Of a stretch of 64,000 nt of DNA, positions 37,826-48,177 are shown piece by piece. The stretch covers positions 7,850 through 71,849 of IMG/VR virus record IMGVR_UViG_3300036790_000218. One strand, given 5' to 3'. This DNA comes from a virus. The position numbers were made by a program, and so were the translations under genes. Each line of letters starts with the position of its first letter. Position 1 is the first letter of the stretch. The notes under the pieces were generated by a model, which did not search any database, was not told the origin of the DNA, and saw only the letters and a list, made by a program, of their open reading frames with translations.

Positions 37826-38631
37826 CCGCAACCACCTACCGCCGCGTCTACGGCCGCGGCCACTCCTACACCCTCGACGGCGTACCCAAAATCAAGGGCG
37901 CCACCACCATGATGCGCGGCCTCCCCAAAGACCTCGAAAAATACTTCACCGAGTACACCGCCGGATTCACCCTCGACAACTGGGACCGCCTCGCCACCCT
38001 CCCGCCCGCCGAGCGGTTCAAGGAGATGGCCGGGGCGACGAAGAAAAGATTCGAGGCCGCCGGGGCCAAGGGCACCGCCGTGCACAAGATGGCCGAGCGT
38101 CTCGGCCGCGGCGAGGAAGTCGTCGTGCCCGACGAGATCCGCGGCCACGTCGAATCCTGCGTCCAGTTCCTCGACGACTACAAGATCGCCGACGAGCTGA
38201 TGGAACCCGCGCTGTTCTCCCGCAAGCACCAGTACGCGGGGTCGGCTGACCTGTTCTGCACCGCGCAGAAGCCCCACGCTGACAGCCGGATCCGGGTGCT
38301 CGCGGACTATAAGACGTCGGCGTCCGGGCCGTGGGGGTCGGTCGCGTTCCAGCTGTCTGCGTACCGGTTCGCCGAGTTCATGCTGTCGGGTGACGGCGGG
38401 AAGAACAGCGTCGAGCTGCCGGTGCCCCCGGTTGATGAGTGCTGGGCGGTGTGGATCCGGGGCGACGGCTACGACGTGTACCCGATCGACACGAGCCCGG
38501 ACATCTTGCTGCAGCTGCGGTACATCGATCAGTGCCGTCTGGCTGATGAGGAGTGCCGGAACTACAAGGGTGACGCCTTGCCGCACCCGGATCAGGTGCG
38601 CAAGGTCCGGCTCCAGGACGTGGCCGAATGA
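37822..38631 (+). CDS. PD-(D/E)xK exonuclease (RecE/YqaJ-like)
   Basis: GTAVH, YAGSADL, ADYKTS, FQLSAY. Confidence 0.8.
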   Translation: MTATTYRRVYGRGHSYTLDGVPKIKGATTMMRGLPKDLEKYFTEYTAGFTLDNWDRLATLPPAERFKEMAGATKKRFEAAGAKGTAVHKMAERLGRGEEVVVPDEIRGHVESCVQFLDDYKIADELMEPALFSRKHQYAGSADLFCTAQKPHADSRIRVLADYKTSASGPWGSVAFQLSAYRFAEFMLSGDGGKNSVELPVPPVDECWAVWIRGDGYDVYPIDTSPDILLQLRYIDQCRLADEECRNYKGDALPHPDQVRKVRLQDVAE

Positions 38632-38849
38632 GCGACCTCACCCGGATCGGGACGGCCGACGAGCGCCAGCGCGAGGAGCGCGAGGCGATCGCCGTCGAGA
38701 CCACGGCCATGTCCGTCGCCTTCAATGCGCTCCAGCCGCTTGGCGAGGAGGGACGCTACCGCGCCGTCATCTGGCTGGCCCGCGCGCTCGACCTTCCCGC
38801 CCCCTACCGAACCGGCCCCCGCCGGCCTGCAGAGGATGTGCCCTTCTGA
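38628..38849 (+). CDS. Small hypothetical protein
   Basis: Coupled on both sides; ends EDVPF. Confidence 0.5.
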   Translation: MSDLTRIGTADERQREEREAIAVETTAMSVAFNALQPLGEEGRYRAVIWLARALDLPAPYRTGPRRPAEDVPF

Positions 38850-40024
38850 TGACCGAAGTTGAGCTCTACCAGCCCCGCCAGCTCGCCGTCCCCTCCGCCG
38901 CGATCACCGAACGCGACGTCGTAGACGGCTGGGTCCAGGTCGTGTCTAAGGTCGCGAAGCTCGCCGACATGATCGCCGACACCGAATTCGTGCCCAAGGC
39001 ACTGCGCAATAAGCCCGCCGCCATCACCGCCTGCATGCTCACCGGCCGCGAGATCGGCATCGGCCCCATGCTGTCCATGAAGGTCATCCACATGGTGAAC
39101 GGCACGCCATCGCTCGCCGCCGAGTACAAGCGGGCCCGTGCGCTCGACCGCGGCCACGAGATCGTCTACGACGAGACCAGCATCACCCGGTGCGTGGTCC
39201 GCGGCCGCCGCCGCAATGAGGACTCCTGGGTCACCGTCACGTGGACGATCGAGGACGCTAAGCGGGCGAAGCTGGCCGGCAAGGATGTGTGGCAGCAGAA
39301 CCCGCGGCGCATGCTGGAGGCCCGGGCGACCGGTGAGCTGTGTGACCTGAAGTTCCCGGATTGCTCGTGGGGCCTGGCGACCACTGAGGCGTTGCAGGAT
39401 GGTGATGTCGCTGAGTTCGCCGACGTCCCGGACAGGCCCGCGGTCGAGACCCCGGCTCCTGCCCCGCGGACCGCTCAGCGCCGCCAGCGGGCCGCGGAGA
39501 AGCCTGCCGAGCGCCCTACACCTGCGCCGCCTGCGGCCGCCGCGGAGCCTCCTACGGCGGCCCGCCGCGGCCCTGCACCGACCCAGGATGCCCCCAGCGG
39601 CCTGCCACCGCTGCCATGTGAAGACGAGTCGCCGGACCCTACCGCGCCACCCCAGCCGGACACCGCGTCACCGCCGTCCGGGTCTGCCGCAGGTGACCCG
39701 CACCCCCCGCTCGACCCCGACGAGCACGGCACCTCAACCCGCGGCAAAGGCGGCCAGCTCACAGCCCTGTGGACCGTCCTGAACACCGTCTACGGCTTCG
39801 AGCAGAAGACCGAAGCACGCGGCGTCGTCGAGAAACTCGTCTCCCGCAAACTCGACGGCGGCACCACCGGAAACCTGTCCTACAACGAGGCGCGCGCGGT
39901 GCTGGACACGCTCAGCCTGGTCGGCCGCAAAGCCGACGAGGAAGGGATCGATGCGCGGGAGAAGCTGATCGAGTTCCTGGTGCAGATCGACGAAACCCTC
40001 GGCCAGGACCACGCCGATGGCTAA
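38849..40024 (+). CDS. RecT/Redbeta-like single-strand annealing protein
   Basis: VPKALRNKP..ITAC.LTG.EIG.GP...IH.VNG.P; WQQNPRRML.ARA; follows the exonuclease. Confidence 0.7.
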   Translation: MTEVELYQPRQLAVPSAAITERDVVDGWVQVVSKVAKLADMIADTEFVPKALRNKPAAITACMLTGREIGIGPMLSMKVIHMVNGTPSLAAEYKRARALDRGHEIVYDETSITRCVVRGRRRNEDSWVTVTWTIEDAKRAKLAGKDVWQQNPRRMLEARATGELCDLKFPDCSWGLATTEALQDGDVAEFADVPDRPAVETPAPAPRTAQRRQRAAEKPAERPTPAPPAAAAEPPTAARRGPAPTQDAPSGLPPLPCEDESPDPTAPPQPDTASPPSGSAAGDPHPPLDPDEHGTSTRGKGGQLTALWTVLNTVYGFEQKTEARGVVEKLVSRKLDGGTTGNLSYNEARAVLDTLSLVGRKADEEGIDAREKLIEFLVQIDETLGQDHADG

Positions 40025-41075
40025 CCAGCTCACCATGGACCAGGCCATCATCGGCGAGATCCTCAGCAACAACACCGACCTGATCATCATGGCGCTCGGC
40101 GACGCCGCCGCCTGGCGGTCGGGGCTCGGCGAGGACGACAACGCCGCAGTGTACGAGGAGCTGCAGGCCGAGCTGGGACGGTTCCAGGACCTGTCATGAG
40201 CGGGGAGTGGACAGGCGGCGGCGCGAACCGGTACTGGCAACGCCCCGGCTACCGAGGCGGCGTCATCGACGACCCCGAACGCGACGCCAGACTGTACGCA
40301 GCCATGGCGAACGAACGGTTCTTCTGCGAGACCTGCACCGGCGTCCACCCGCTCGCCGAGCACCGGCTGTGCCGTGACGGGCGCGCCGCCGAGATCCGGG
40401 CCGGCCGCCAGACCAGCCCCGCCGACGCCGCCCGCGCCATGCTCACCACCGCCCTCGGCCGGCAGCCATGAGCCAAGCCTGGAACTGCGGCCGGTGCAAG
40501 CACCCGGTCATCCTCTCCGACATCGGCGGCAAGGCGATCGTCCTCGACCTCAAACCCCGCATGGACGGCCAGGTAGCCGCCGCCAAAGACGTCCACGGCA
40601 AGCTCCGTGGCCGGTGGCTCAAAGGCAACGAAGGGATCCGCGACGGCGAAACCCGCTACCGGGCCCACCCCAAAACCTGTGACCAGCCCAAACCCGCACC
40701 GCATCCAACCCTGTTCTAGGAGACCCGACTATGACCGCACGACTCGCGTCCGGCCTGCCCAAGGACGCCAACAGCAACGGCCTGACCGCCATCGAGCAGC
40801 TGCTCATCGACCACCCGCACTCCACCCACGTCGTCATCGGCGTCATCGACACCCGCAAAGTGATCATGGACGCGGAGAAAGACGAAACCATCCCGTACGC
40901 CCAGTTCCAGCACATCGAAGCCATCCGCGACACCGAAGCCGCCGCGTCGGCCCGCACGCTGATGCTCGCCGCTTTGAAGACGCGGACCGGCGCGGAGATG
41001 CTGCCGTTCGAGACCGAGGGCGACGGCGACCCACCCCGTCTGGCGAAACCCGCGACTACAGGGGGGGGGGCATGA
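40017..41075 (+). other. Four small early ORFs (40017-40199, 40196-40471, 40468-40719, 40731-41075)
   Basis: Overlapping starts and stops; Zn-finger motifs in two. Confidence 0.45.
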
Positions 41076-41536
41076 CTGAGCCCATCACGATCACCGTCTA
41101 CGGCCAGCCCGCACCCCAAGGCTCCAAACGCGCGTTCGCCCTCAAGAAAGGCGGCGTCTACACCGGCCGCGTCGCCATGGTCGAGTCCAGCAAAGACCGG
41201 GTCAAGACCTGGCGCGGCGACGTCATGGCCGCAGCATCTCTCGTCAAGCAGTGGCCAGCGCTCGACGGCCCGCTCGAGGTGACAATGCACTTCTACCTGC
41301 CCCGGCCCAAGGCCCACCTCACAACCGGCCGCCTCGCAGGCCAGGTCAAGCCCAGCGCGCCCGCGCACCCGTCCGGCCGGCCCGACACCGGGAAACTCGC
41401 CCGCTCGACCGAGGACGCGCTCACAGACGCCGGGATATGGCGTGACGACGCGCAGGTCGTCCGCTGCTTCCTGATCAAGTCCTACGCCGACCTGCGCGAG
41501 CCCGGCGCGAAGATCACGATCCGCCAGCTCACCTAG
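41072..41536 (+). CDS. rusA: RusA-like Holliday junction resolvase
   Basis: PAPQGSKR, FYLPRPK, PDTGKLARSTEDAL..AGIWRDDAQVV. Confidence 0.8.
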   Translation: MTEPITITVYGQPAPQGSKRAFALKKGGVYTGRVAMVESSKDRVKTWRGDVMAAASLVKQWPALDGPLEVTMHFYLPRPKAHLTTGRLAGQVKPSAPAHPSGRPDTGKLARSTEDALTDAGIWRDDAQVVRCFLIKSYADLREPGAKITIRQLT

Positions 41537-41619
41537 ACCCCGGCTGGCCGCACCCGGATCCGCTCCGCACGGGCCGCGCGGCCAGCCGGGCACCACCCAC
41601 CACCAGCAAGGAGACCACG

Positions 41620-42375
41620 ATGACCGACCTGACCACCATCACCCTCGCCAAAGGCAGCCACGACACCGACGAAACCGACGACTGCGACAACCCGGAACGC
41701 TGCCTGTTCGAGTGGTACAACTGGCTCACCCGCGCCAGGCACACCGACGCCTGCCCGCCCGGTGTGAGCCCCGTCCTGCACGTCTACGGCATGCGCCTCA
41801 ACGACGCCCTGCCCGACGACCGCCGCCAGGAGCTGAAGCGCTACCTGCCCAACGGCCAGGATCTGCTCGCCGGAACCGCCGCCGACGGCAAAGACCACAC
41901 CCGGTCCATGATCGCCCTCGACTGGCTGATCCGCGCCTATACCCCCGCGTGGCTCGACCTGGCCGGGCTGACCGCCGAAGCGACCGCGTTGCGTGACCTG
42001 CGCCGCGTCGCCGACTCCGTCGCCGCGCAGGCCGCCGGGCCTGTCGTCCGCGACGCGGCGGGCAAAGCGGCCGCAGCCAGGGCCGCAGCCAGGGCCGCAG
42101 CCTGGGACGCAGCCTGGGCCGCAGCCTGGGCCGCAGCCTGGGCCGCAGCCGGGGCCGCAGCCTGGGCCGCAGCCGGGGACGCAGCCGGGGCCGCAGCCTG
42201 GGCCGCAGCCTGGGCCGCAGCCGGGGACGCAGCCTGGGACGCAGCCAGGGCCGCAGCCAGGGCCGCAGCCAGGGACGCAGCCAGGGCCAAGCTCGCCCCC
42301 GTCGTCACCCAGCTCCAGGACTCCGCGATCACGCTCTACGACGTGCTGATCACCGGCGAATGGCCCGCAGCCTGA
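41620..42375 (+). CDS. Phage protein with AAWA/AARA tetrapeptide repeats
   Basis: C-terminal AAWDAAWAAAWA run. Confidence 0.75.
   Translation: MTDLTTITLAKGSHDTDETDDCDNPERCLFEWYNWLTRARHTDACPPGVSPVLHVYGMRLNDALPDDRRQELKRYLPNGQDLLAGTAADGKDHTRSMIALDWLIRAYTPAWLDLAGLTAEATALRDLRRVADSVAAQAAGPVVRDAAGKAAAARAAARAAAWDAAWAAAWAAAWAAAGAAAWAAAGDAAGAAAWAAAWAAAGDAAWDAARAAARAAARDAARAKLAPVVTQLQDSAITLYDVLITGEWPAA
42070..42288 (+). repeat. 12-bp coding tandem repeat GCAGCC(T/A/G)GGG(C/A)C, about 18 units
   Basis: Directly visible. Confidence 0.9.
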
Positions 42376-42387
42376 CCGCATAGACGT

Positions 42388-42423
42388 CCCCCGGCCAGGG
42401 CCAGCTCCGCACCTGGCCGGGGG
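42388..42423 (+). terminator. Hairpin
   Basis: CCCCCGGCCAGG...CCTGGCCGGGGG. Confidence 0.5.
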
Positions 42424-42462
42424 CGACCACACAACGCACATCAATCATCTGAAGGAGACACA

Positions 42463-42715
42463 GTGCACCGCAAGCCCAAGCCCAAGCGCCGCCGCCTCAC
42501 CAGGACCGTCCAGGCCATCCTCGGCCTGACCGCCCTCACCATCGGCGGCCTCACCATGACCGCCACCACCGCCTCAGCGTCCGCTGACCGTGCCCGCCAC
42601 CGGCAGCGTGAGCTTCACCACGACGCGGGGGACGACGCTGCGGCTCGGCTACCCGGACGGGCTCGGCGGATGGAAGTACTCGACGTTCGCCTCGCACGTC
42701 GCCAGCTGCGCCTGA
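42463..42715 (+). pseudogene. Frameshifted small secreted protein
   Basis: Signal peptide ending ASASA; GC3-rich continuation (LTVPATGSVSF...ASCA*) lies in another frame from about 42584. Confidence 0.4.
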
Positions 42716-42792
42716 CGGCTGTCCGAGCGTCCGCCCCGGCCCCGCGCCGGGGCGGGCCCCCGCACCACCGCCACCACAAGAAAGGACCCCGC

Positions 42793-42963
42793 ATGCCCGT
42801 CACCGAGTTCCGCGACGGCCGCTGGCAGCCATCCGTGCCGCTGCCGATGTTCTACGGCCCCGTCATCCGCTGCAACTGCGGGAAATGGTTCCTGCACCTG
42901 AACCGCAGCCTCCGCAACCGCCGCTACGAGCACCACTACCGCCGCAAGCACACCGACCCCTAG
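42793..42963 (+). CDS. Small C2H2-like protein
   Basis: AAAGGA RBS; CNCG...HHYRRKH. Confidence 0.45.
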   Translation: MPVTEFRDGRWQPSVPLPMFYGPVIRCNCGKWFLHLNRSLRNRRYEHHYRRKHTDP

Positions 42964-43117
42964 ACGGCGGGTCGAGCGACGCCGCCTGAGGATGACAGGC
43001 ACGCGCACCGCTCCCCGCCACGCGGCACCAGCCCCGGCAGCTGGCGCCGCAACCGCCCGCCCCGGCCCGCGTCAACCCCCCGACGCGGCCGGGGCGGGCA
43101 CCCCTATCCGCAATCCG

Positions 43118-44053
43118 ATGGAAAAGGCTCTGTGGGTGATAGCAAGCATCACGAACTGGGTTTGGAAAAACTCCCGTTCCACCGGAACCGCGCGCCTCGT
43201 GCTGCTCGCCATCGCCCACGAAGCCGACGCAGGCGGAAACACCACAATGAGCGTCCTCGAATTGGCACGGAAAAGCACTCTGAGTGAACGGACAGCGCAA
43301 ACCGCCGCCCGTGAGCTCGAACGCCTCGGCGAGATCGAAGTCTGGGCCAGGGCAGGCGACCACCGCCGCAACGGCTACCGCATGATCGCGTTCATGGGTG
43401 CAGGAGCTGCACCCATCAAGGGTGCAGGATATGCACCCAAGCACAGCCCCAAGGGTGCAGATACTGCACCCACGTCAGAACCCAAGGGTGCAGGAGCTGC
43501 ACCCACCAAACCGGACACTTCCCAGGTCAAACCTGTCAAGGGTGCAGATTCTGCACCCATCGAAGAAAACCGACTAGAGAGAAGTACTACAGGTAGATAT
43601 ACAGCTGACGTTAAACCTTCGTCCGAACTCGCCCGCGACGACGCCGAACGACTCTGCGCCCACCTCGCCGACCGCATCGAAGCCAACGGCTCCAAACGCC
43701 CCAACCCGGCCACCAAACGATGGCGCGACGCCGCACGACTGCTCCTCGACGCCGACGGCCGCACCGAACAGCAGGTACACGCAGCTATCGACTGGTGCCA
43801 GGACAACGAATTCTGGCGATCCAACATCCTCTCGATGCCAAAACTCCGCGAGAAATACGACCAGCTACGGCTCAGAGCACACACGGAACGCAACAGCAGG
43901 CGTCCCACGCGCCAGGAACAAACAGACGAGCTATTCGACGACGCACTCATTACCGCAAGAGAACTAGACGCAAAGGAAACAGGAAATGACCCACGAAGAA
44001 ACGGTGGTCATCACCAGGTACGTCAAAGCGCTCTGCCCCCAGCAGGCGATTGA
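43118..44053 (+). CDS. Replication initiator (lambda O-like, N-terminal HTH)
   Basis: LVLLAIA..AD; LARKSTLSERTAQ; C-terminal FWRSNILSMPKLREKYDQL; internal iterons. Confidence 0.75.
   Translation: MEKALWVIASITNWVWKNSRSTGTARLVLLAIAHEADAGGNTTMSVLELARKSTLSERTAQTAARELERLGEIEVWARAGDHRRNGYRMIAFMGAGAAPIKGAGYAPKHSPKGADTAPTSEPKGAGAAPTKPDTSQVKPVKGADSAPIEENRLERSTTGRYTADVKPSSELARDDAERLCAHLADRIEANGSKRPNPATKRWRDAARLLLDADGRTEQQVHAAIDWCQDNEFWRSNILSMPKLREKYDQLRLRAHTERNSRRPTRQEQTDELFDDALITARELDAKETGNDPRRNGGHHQVRQSALPPAGD
43396..43620. promoter_or_regulatory. Replication origin: five palindromic iterons GGGTGCA-N5-TGCACCC plus an A-rich tract
   Basis: Copies at 43396, 43420, 43453, 43486, 43540; A-rich 43561-43620. 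Confidence 0.75.
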
Positions 44054-44366
44054 CCGCTACACGCCCATCGCCTGGCACGACCTACTCGGCGAATTCACCG
44101 AAACCGAATGCCACGCGGCCATCGCCGCCGTGGCCCGCCGCCAGCCGTTCGTAGCACCCTCGGAGATCATCGCCGAAGTCCGCCTCGCACGCCGGGCCGA
44201 ACTCGGACGCCAGCGCCAGGCCGAACTCGGCGCTGCACCCGGCGCCATCACGCAGACGGCGCTGGCCGAGCACGACCCGCGCAGGCAACTCAAAGACCCC
44301 CGGCCGCTCCGCGAGACCATCCAGGCCATCCGCGCGCGCTTCAGCCGGCCCGAGCTGACGTCATGA
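43986..44366 (+). CDS. Putative helicase loader/replication partner
   Basis: Directly after the initiator; AWHDLL...FVAPSEI. Confidence 0.5.
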   Translation: MTHEETVVITRYVKALCPQQAIDRYTPIAWHDLLGEFTETECHAAIAAVARRQPFVAPSEIIAEVRLARRAELGRQRQAELGAAPGAITQTALAEHDPRRQLKDPRPLRETIQAIRARFSRPELTS

Positions 44367-44480
44367 CCGCCTGCGACAACTGCCGGTGCGGCGGCCACCC
44401 CCTCTGCGAATGCGAATGCCACCCGCAACCCGTCGGCGCCGACGCCGACCCCGGCGACCTCTACGGCCCCAGCGGCGAGG

Positions 44481-45032
44481 ATGACTGACATGAGCGAACC
44501 CCTCTTCGAGCAGCTCCGCGCCGACCTCGCCCACGCCATCGACACCGAATGGCACCACCTCGGCCACGCCATCACCAGCCACCTCCACCACCCCGCTACC
44601 ATCGACACCAGCGCCAGCAGCGTCCCGAAGGAGACCCCCGTGGACCTCGCCCAGCTCGAAGCCGACATCCGCAACGACGTCCAGGCCGTCGAGAGCAAAG
44701 CCAGCGAGGTCTACGACCACGCCAAAACCGTCCTCGAACAGCACCTCCCCCAGGTCGCCCAGCTCGCGCAGAAAGCCGCCGCCTCGCCGCTGGTCGACGC
44801 CGCGCTCAACGCCGTCCACCTGTCCCCGGACCTGCTGACCGCGTTCGCGTCGGCGATCACCAAGGCCGACGCCGAACTCGGCCAGCAGCAGGAAGCCACC
44901 GCCGCGGCCACCGCTGCGCAAGCGGCTGAGAGCGATTCTGCGGCCCCGGAGACGCCCGCCGAGCCGGACGCACCGGCTGAGGTCCCGTCGGCTGCGAGCG
45001 GCCAGCCCGCCGTCAGCGGCGCCGCAACCTGA
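44481..45032 (+). CDS. Hypothetical protein
   Basis: Ala-rich helical ORF with typical codon usage. Confidence 0.55.
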   Translation: MTDMSEPLFEQLRADLAHAIDTEWHHLGHAITSHLHHPATIDTSASSVPKETPVDLAQLEADIRNDVQAVESKASEVYDHAKTVLEQHLPQVAQLAQKAAASPLVDAALNAVHLSPDLLTAFASAITKADAELGQQQEATAAATAAQAAESDSAAPETPAEPDAPAEVPSAASGQPAVSGAAT

Positions 45033-45060
45033 GCCAGCAGGCCGTGAGCGATCGCAGGCC

Positions 45061-45657
45061 ATGGCGCTTCCTCGCTGCGGCGGCACCAACCGGCAAGGCG
45101 GTCCCTGCGAGCTAGCAGCAGGCCAGGGCACTGATCACGTCGGTCACGGCAACTGCCTGCACCACGGCGGCTCAACTCCGAACGGCATCAAGCACGCTGC
45201 CAGCAAACGCGCCGAGTCGCTGATGGCCACCTACGGCCTGCCCCGCGACATCACCCCCGCCGCCGCCCTCCTCGAAGAAGTCCGCTACGCCGCCGGCCAC
45301 GTCGCCTGGCTCCGCGGCAAAGTCGCCGAACTCGAACCCGACGCGCTCACCTGGGGCGTCGCCGAGATCGCGCACAAGCAGGCAACCGAGTTCGGCGGCA
45401 CCGACACCACCGAACGCGCCGCCCTCAACACCTGGCTCGAGGCCTACCACCGCGAACGCCGCTACCTCCTCGACGTGTCCAAAGCCGCCCTCGCCGCCGG
45501 GGTCGAGGAACGCCTCGTCCAGCTCGCCGAAGCCCAGGGCCTGGCCGTCGTCACCGTCCTGGCCCGCGTGTTCGACCGCCTCCAGCTCACCGACACCCAA
45601 CGCCAGCTGGCCGCGGTCGCCGTCCCCGAGGAACTGCGGGCACAATCAGCACCGTGA
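45061..45657 (+). CDS. terS: Terminase small subunit (HGGxSTG-type)
   Basis: RCGG.NR.G.PC...CLHHGGSTP; directly upstream of terL. Confidence 0.7.
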   Translation: MALPRCGGTNRQGGPCELAAGQGTDHVGHGNCLHHGGSTPNGIKHAASKRAESLMATYGLPRDITPAAALLEEVRYAAGHVAWLRGKVAELEPDALTWGVAEIAHKQATEFGGTDTTERAALNTWLEAYHRERRYLLDVSKAALAAGVEERLVQLAEAQGLAVVTVLARVFDRLQLTDTQRQLAAVAVPEELRAQSAP

Positions 45658-47111
45658 CCACGCTCACCTGCTGGGACGCCGCCGCCGCCGAATGGGAGCG
45701 CCGCACCGCGCCCCCGGTCGGCCCGGTCGAATGGGCGGCCCGCAACGGCATCCACTGGTGGTCGAAACAACGCGCCATCGCCCGCTCCGTCGAGGTCAAC
45801 AAACGCACCGTGGTCCGCGCCGGCCACGCCGTCGGCAAGAGCTTCACCGCGGCCGGCCTCGCAGGCTGGTGGGTCGACACCAAATCCGACGCCATGGTTA
45901 TCACTAGCGCACCCACCTACGACCAGGTCCACGGCATCCTCTGGGAAGAGATCCGCGCGCTCCACGGCCGGCTCCAGCTGCCCGGCAAGGCCCTGGCGAC
46001 CGACGAGTGGAAGATCGGCGGACGGCAGGTCGCGATCGGCCGCAAACCCCCCGACTCGGCGAAAGGCTCCGACTTCGACCCCGCCACCTTCCAGGGCTAC
46101 CACCGTGCTGGCGGCGTCCTGGTCATCCTCGACGAAGCGTCCGGCGTCCCGGAGTGGCTGTGGAACGCCGTGGAAACGGTGACCACCACCGACAACTGCC
46201 GGATCCTCGCGATCGGCAACCCCGACAATCCCGGCTCGCATTTCGCGAAGGTGTGCACACCTGGTCATCCGGGCTGGGCGCAGCACAAGATCAGCGTGTT
46301 CGACTCGCCGAACTTCACCGGGGAGGACGTGCCGCGCGAGGTGTCGGCCGCGCTGGTGACGCCGACCTGGGCGCAGGACCGCGCCGACGAATGGGGCGTG
46401 GATGATTACAAGTACATCTCGAAAGTGCTGGCCGAGTTCCCGTCCGACCACCCGCGGCAGGTCGTCAGCGTGGCTGACCTGCTCGCCTGCCAGTTCCCCG
46501 ACCTGCAACCCGCCTCCGCGCTGCTGCCCGCCGAGCTCGGCGTCGACGTCGGCGGCGGCGGCGACTGGACCGTCATCCGCGAACGCCGCGGCGTGCGGGC
46601 CGGCCGGCAGTGGAAGCTGCGGTCCGACAAGCCGGAGGAGATCGCGCCGCTGGTGCTGCGCGCGATCCTTGAAACCGGCGCCACGTCGGTGAAAGTCGAC
46701 AGCATCGGCGTCGGCTTCGGGGTGATCGGGGAGCTGCGGAACATGGGCCGCCGCGGCGACCACCACGCCGCCGTGCACGGCGTCGGGTTCGGCGAGGCCG
46801 CCACCGACCCCGCTAAGTACGTCAACCTCAGGGCGCAGGTGTGGTGGGAGATCGGCCGCATGGGCAGCCAGCGGCGCGAATGGGACCTGTCGGCGATGGA
46901 GGGCCAGGAGACGACGTGCGCGCAGCTGCTGTGGCCGCGGTACCTCGAGGACATCAAGGGCCGGATCCAGATCGAAAAAAAGGAAGAGATCCGGGAGCGT
47001 GTGGATGGCTCGCCGGATGAGGCGGAGGCGCTGCTGTACGCGTACGTGGTGCCGCACGACCCGATGGGCAGCTACTACGAGGCGCTGACCACCGGCAGGC
47101 TCGCCCGGTAA
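45654..47111 (+). CDS. terL: Terminase large subunit
   Basis: RAGHAVGKS (Walker A), VILDEASG (Walker B), IGNP, LGVDVG nuclease motif, SPDEAEAL. Confidence 0.9.
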   Translation: MTTLTCWDAAAAEWERRTAPPVGPVEWAARNGIHWWSKQRAIARSVEVNKRTVVRAGHAVGKSFTAAGLAGWWVDTKSDAMVITSAPTYDQVHGILWEEIRALHGRLQLPGKALATDEWKIGGRQVAIGRKPPDSAKGSDFDPATFQGYHRAGGVLVILDEASGVPEWLWNAVETVTTTDNCRILAIGNPDNPGSHFAKVCTPGHPGWAQHKISVFDSPNFTGEDVPREVSAALVTPTWAQDRADEWGVDDYKYISKVLAEFPSDHPRQVVSVADLLACQFPDLQPASALLPAELGVDVGGGGDWTVIRERRGVRAGRQWKLRSDKPEEIAPLVLRAILETGATSVKVDSIGVGFGVIGELRNMGRRGDHHAAVHGVGFGEAATDPAKYVNLRAQVWWEIGRMGSQRREWDLSAMEGQETTCAQLLWPRYLEDIKGRIQIEKKEEIRERVDGSPDEAEALLYAYVVPHDPMGSYYEALTTGRLAR

Positions 47112-47140
47112 CCCGCGGAGCCTTCTGGCGCGTCGTACGC

Positions 47141-48177
47141 TTGAAAGGCGAAGGGGGCGACGGATCCGTGCGGGTCTACGTGAACAGCCGCGGCCGGGCC
47201 GGTATCGGCTGCGGCTGCCTGCCCGTGCTGATCGCCCTCGGTCTGGCCGTCGCCGTGGCCGGGGTGGTGCTGGGCCCCCTGGGCTCGCGGATGAACGGCC
47301 GCGACGCGTGGTGGATCACCACGCTGGCCGTGCTGGGGCCGCTGGTCGTGTGGTGGATCGTTGTCGAGATCCGCAACGCCAGGCGTTGAGGGATCCTCTA
47401 AACGCGCAGGTCGCCTGTGGCGTCTGGCATCCTGTGAGTTGTATGGTTCGCACAACCACGGGAGGTCGCAGTGGGTCACTGGACGATGCACATCGAGGGC
47501 GGCGGACTGCACGACAACGGCCGCGACGACGACGCCGACGCCATGCTCCGCGTCTTCGCGGGCAATCTCGCTGACGCCGGTCACCAGGTTCACTTGGCGA
47601 CGATCACGGCCGGCCACACGAAGGAACTGCTGAACTCGGACGACACCACGCCACTGGACGCACATGTGGGCACGTCGTCGCCGCGCCCGCTGAAGTACCG
47701 GGACCGGACTCACTGACGATGGCCAGCAGCAACGGCGTCTCACCCCACAAGATCGACCGGGCGCTCCGCGAGCACCAGGCCGGCAACGAAGCGTCGTTCG
47801 CGAAGCTCCTCGGCCAGTCGGTAGCGGTCGAGCTGGCGGCCATGCTCGGCCAGCTGCTGCCCGCGATGCCGTGGCAGCCGGAGTGTTTCTTCTGCGTTCA
47901 GGCGGCGAAGACGATGGTGCGCGGCTACCAGGTGGCCGTGGCGGTCGCTGAGAAAGCCGGTGAGCCGCTGCCCGGCCAGCCTGCGCCGCCGCAGGTGGCC
48001 AAGGGCATCACGTGGGTGCCGGTGACGCAGCTGGTGCAGACTCCGGCCGGCCCGGTGCCGGGCACGGCGAGCGTGCCTGCGTGCTGGGATCATGTGCAGG
48101 TGGCTGGTGAGGCGCCGCGGCCGACGGGGCTGGTGGCGGCTGACGGCCGGCCGATCGTCCGCGGCGGGGGTCAGTGA
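47141..48177 (+). other. Three small ORFs between terL and portal (47141-47389 membrane, 47471-47716, 47719-48177)
   Basis: RBS-preceded ORFs; 47719 has CFFC...CWDH. Confidence 0.45.

Noticed and set aside
41993-42349. Collagen-like PGPQ protein and antisense PGCG protein
   Set aside because: Alternate-frame readings of the 12-bp repeat in gene 41620-42375
43396-43558. Mini-CRISPR array
   Set aside because: Spacers are 5-35 bp and irregular, the repeats are in frame in the initiator gene, and there are no cas genes
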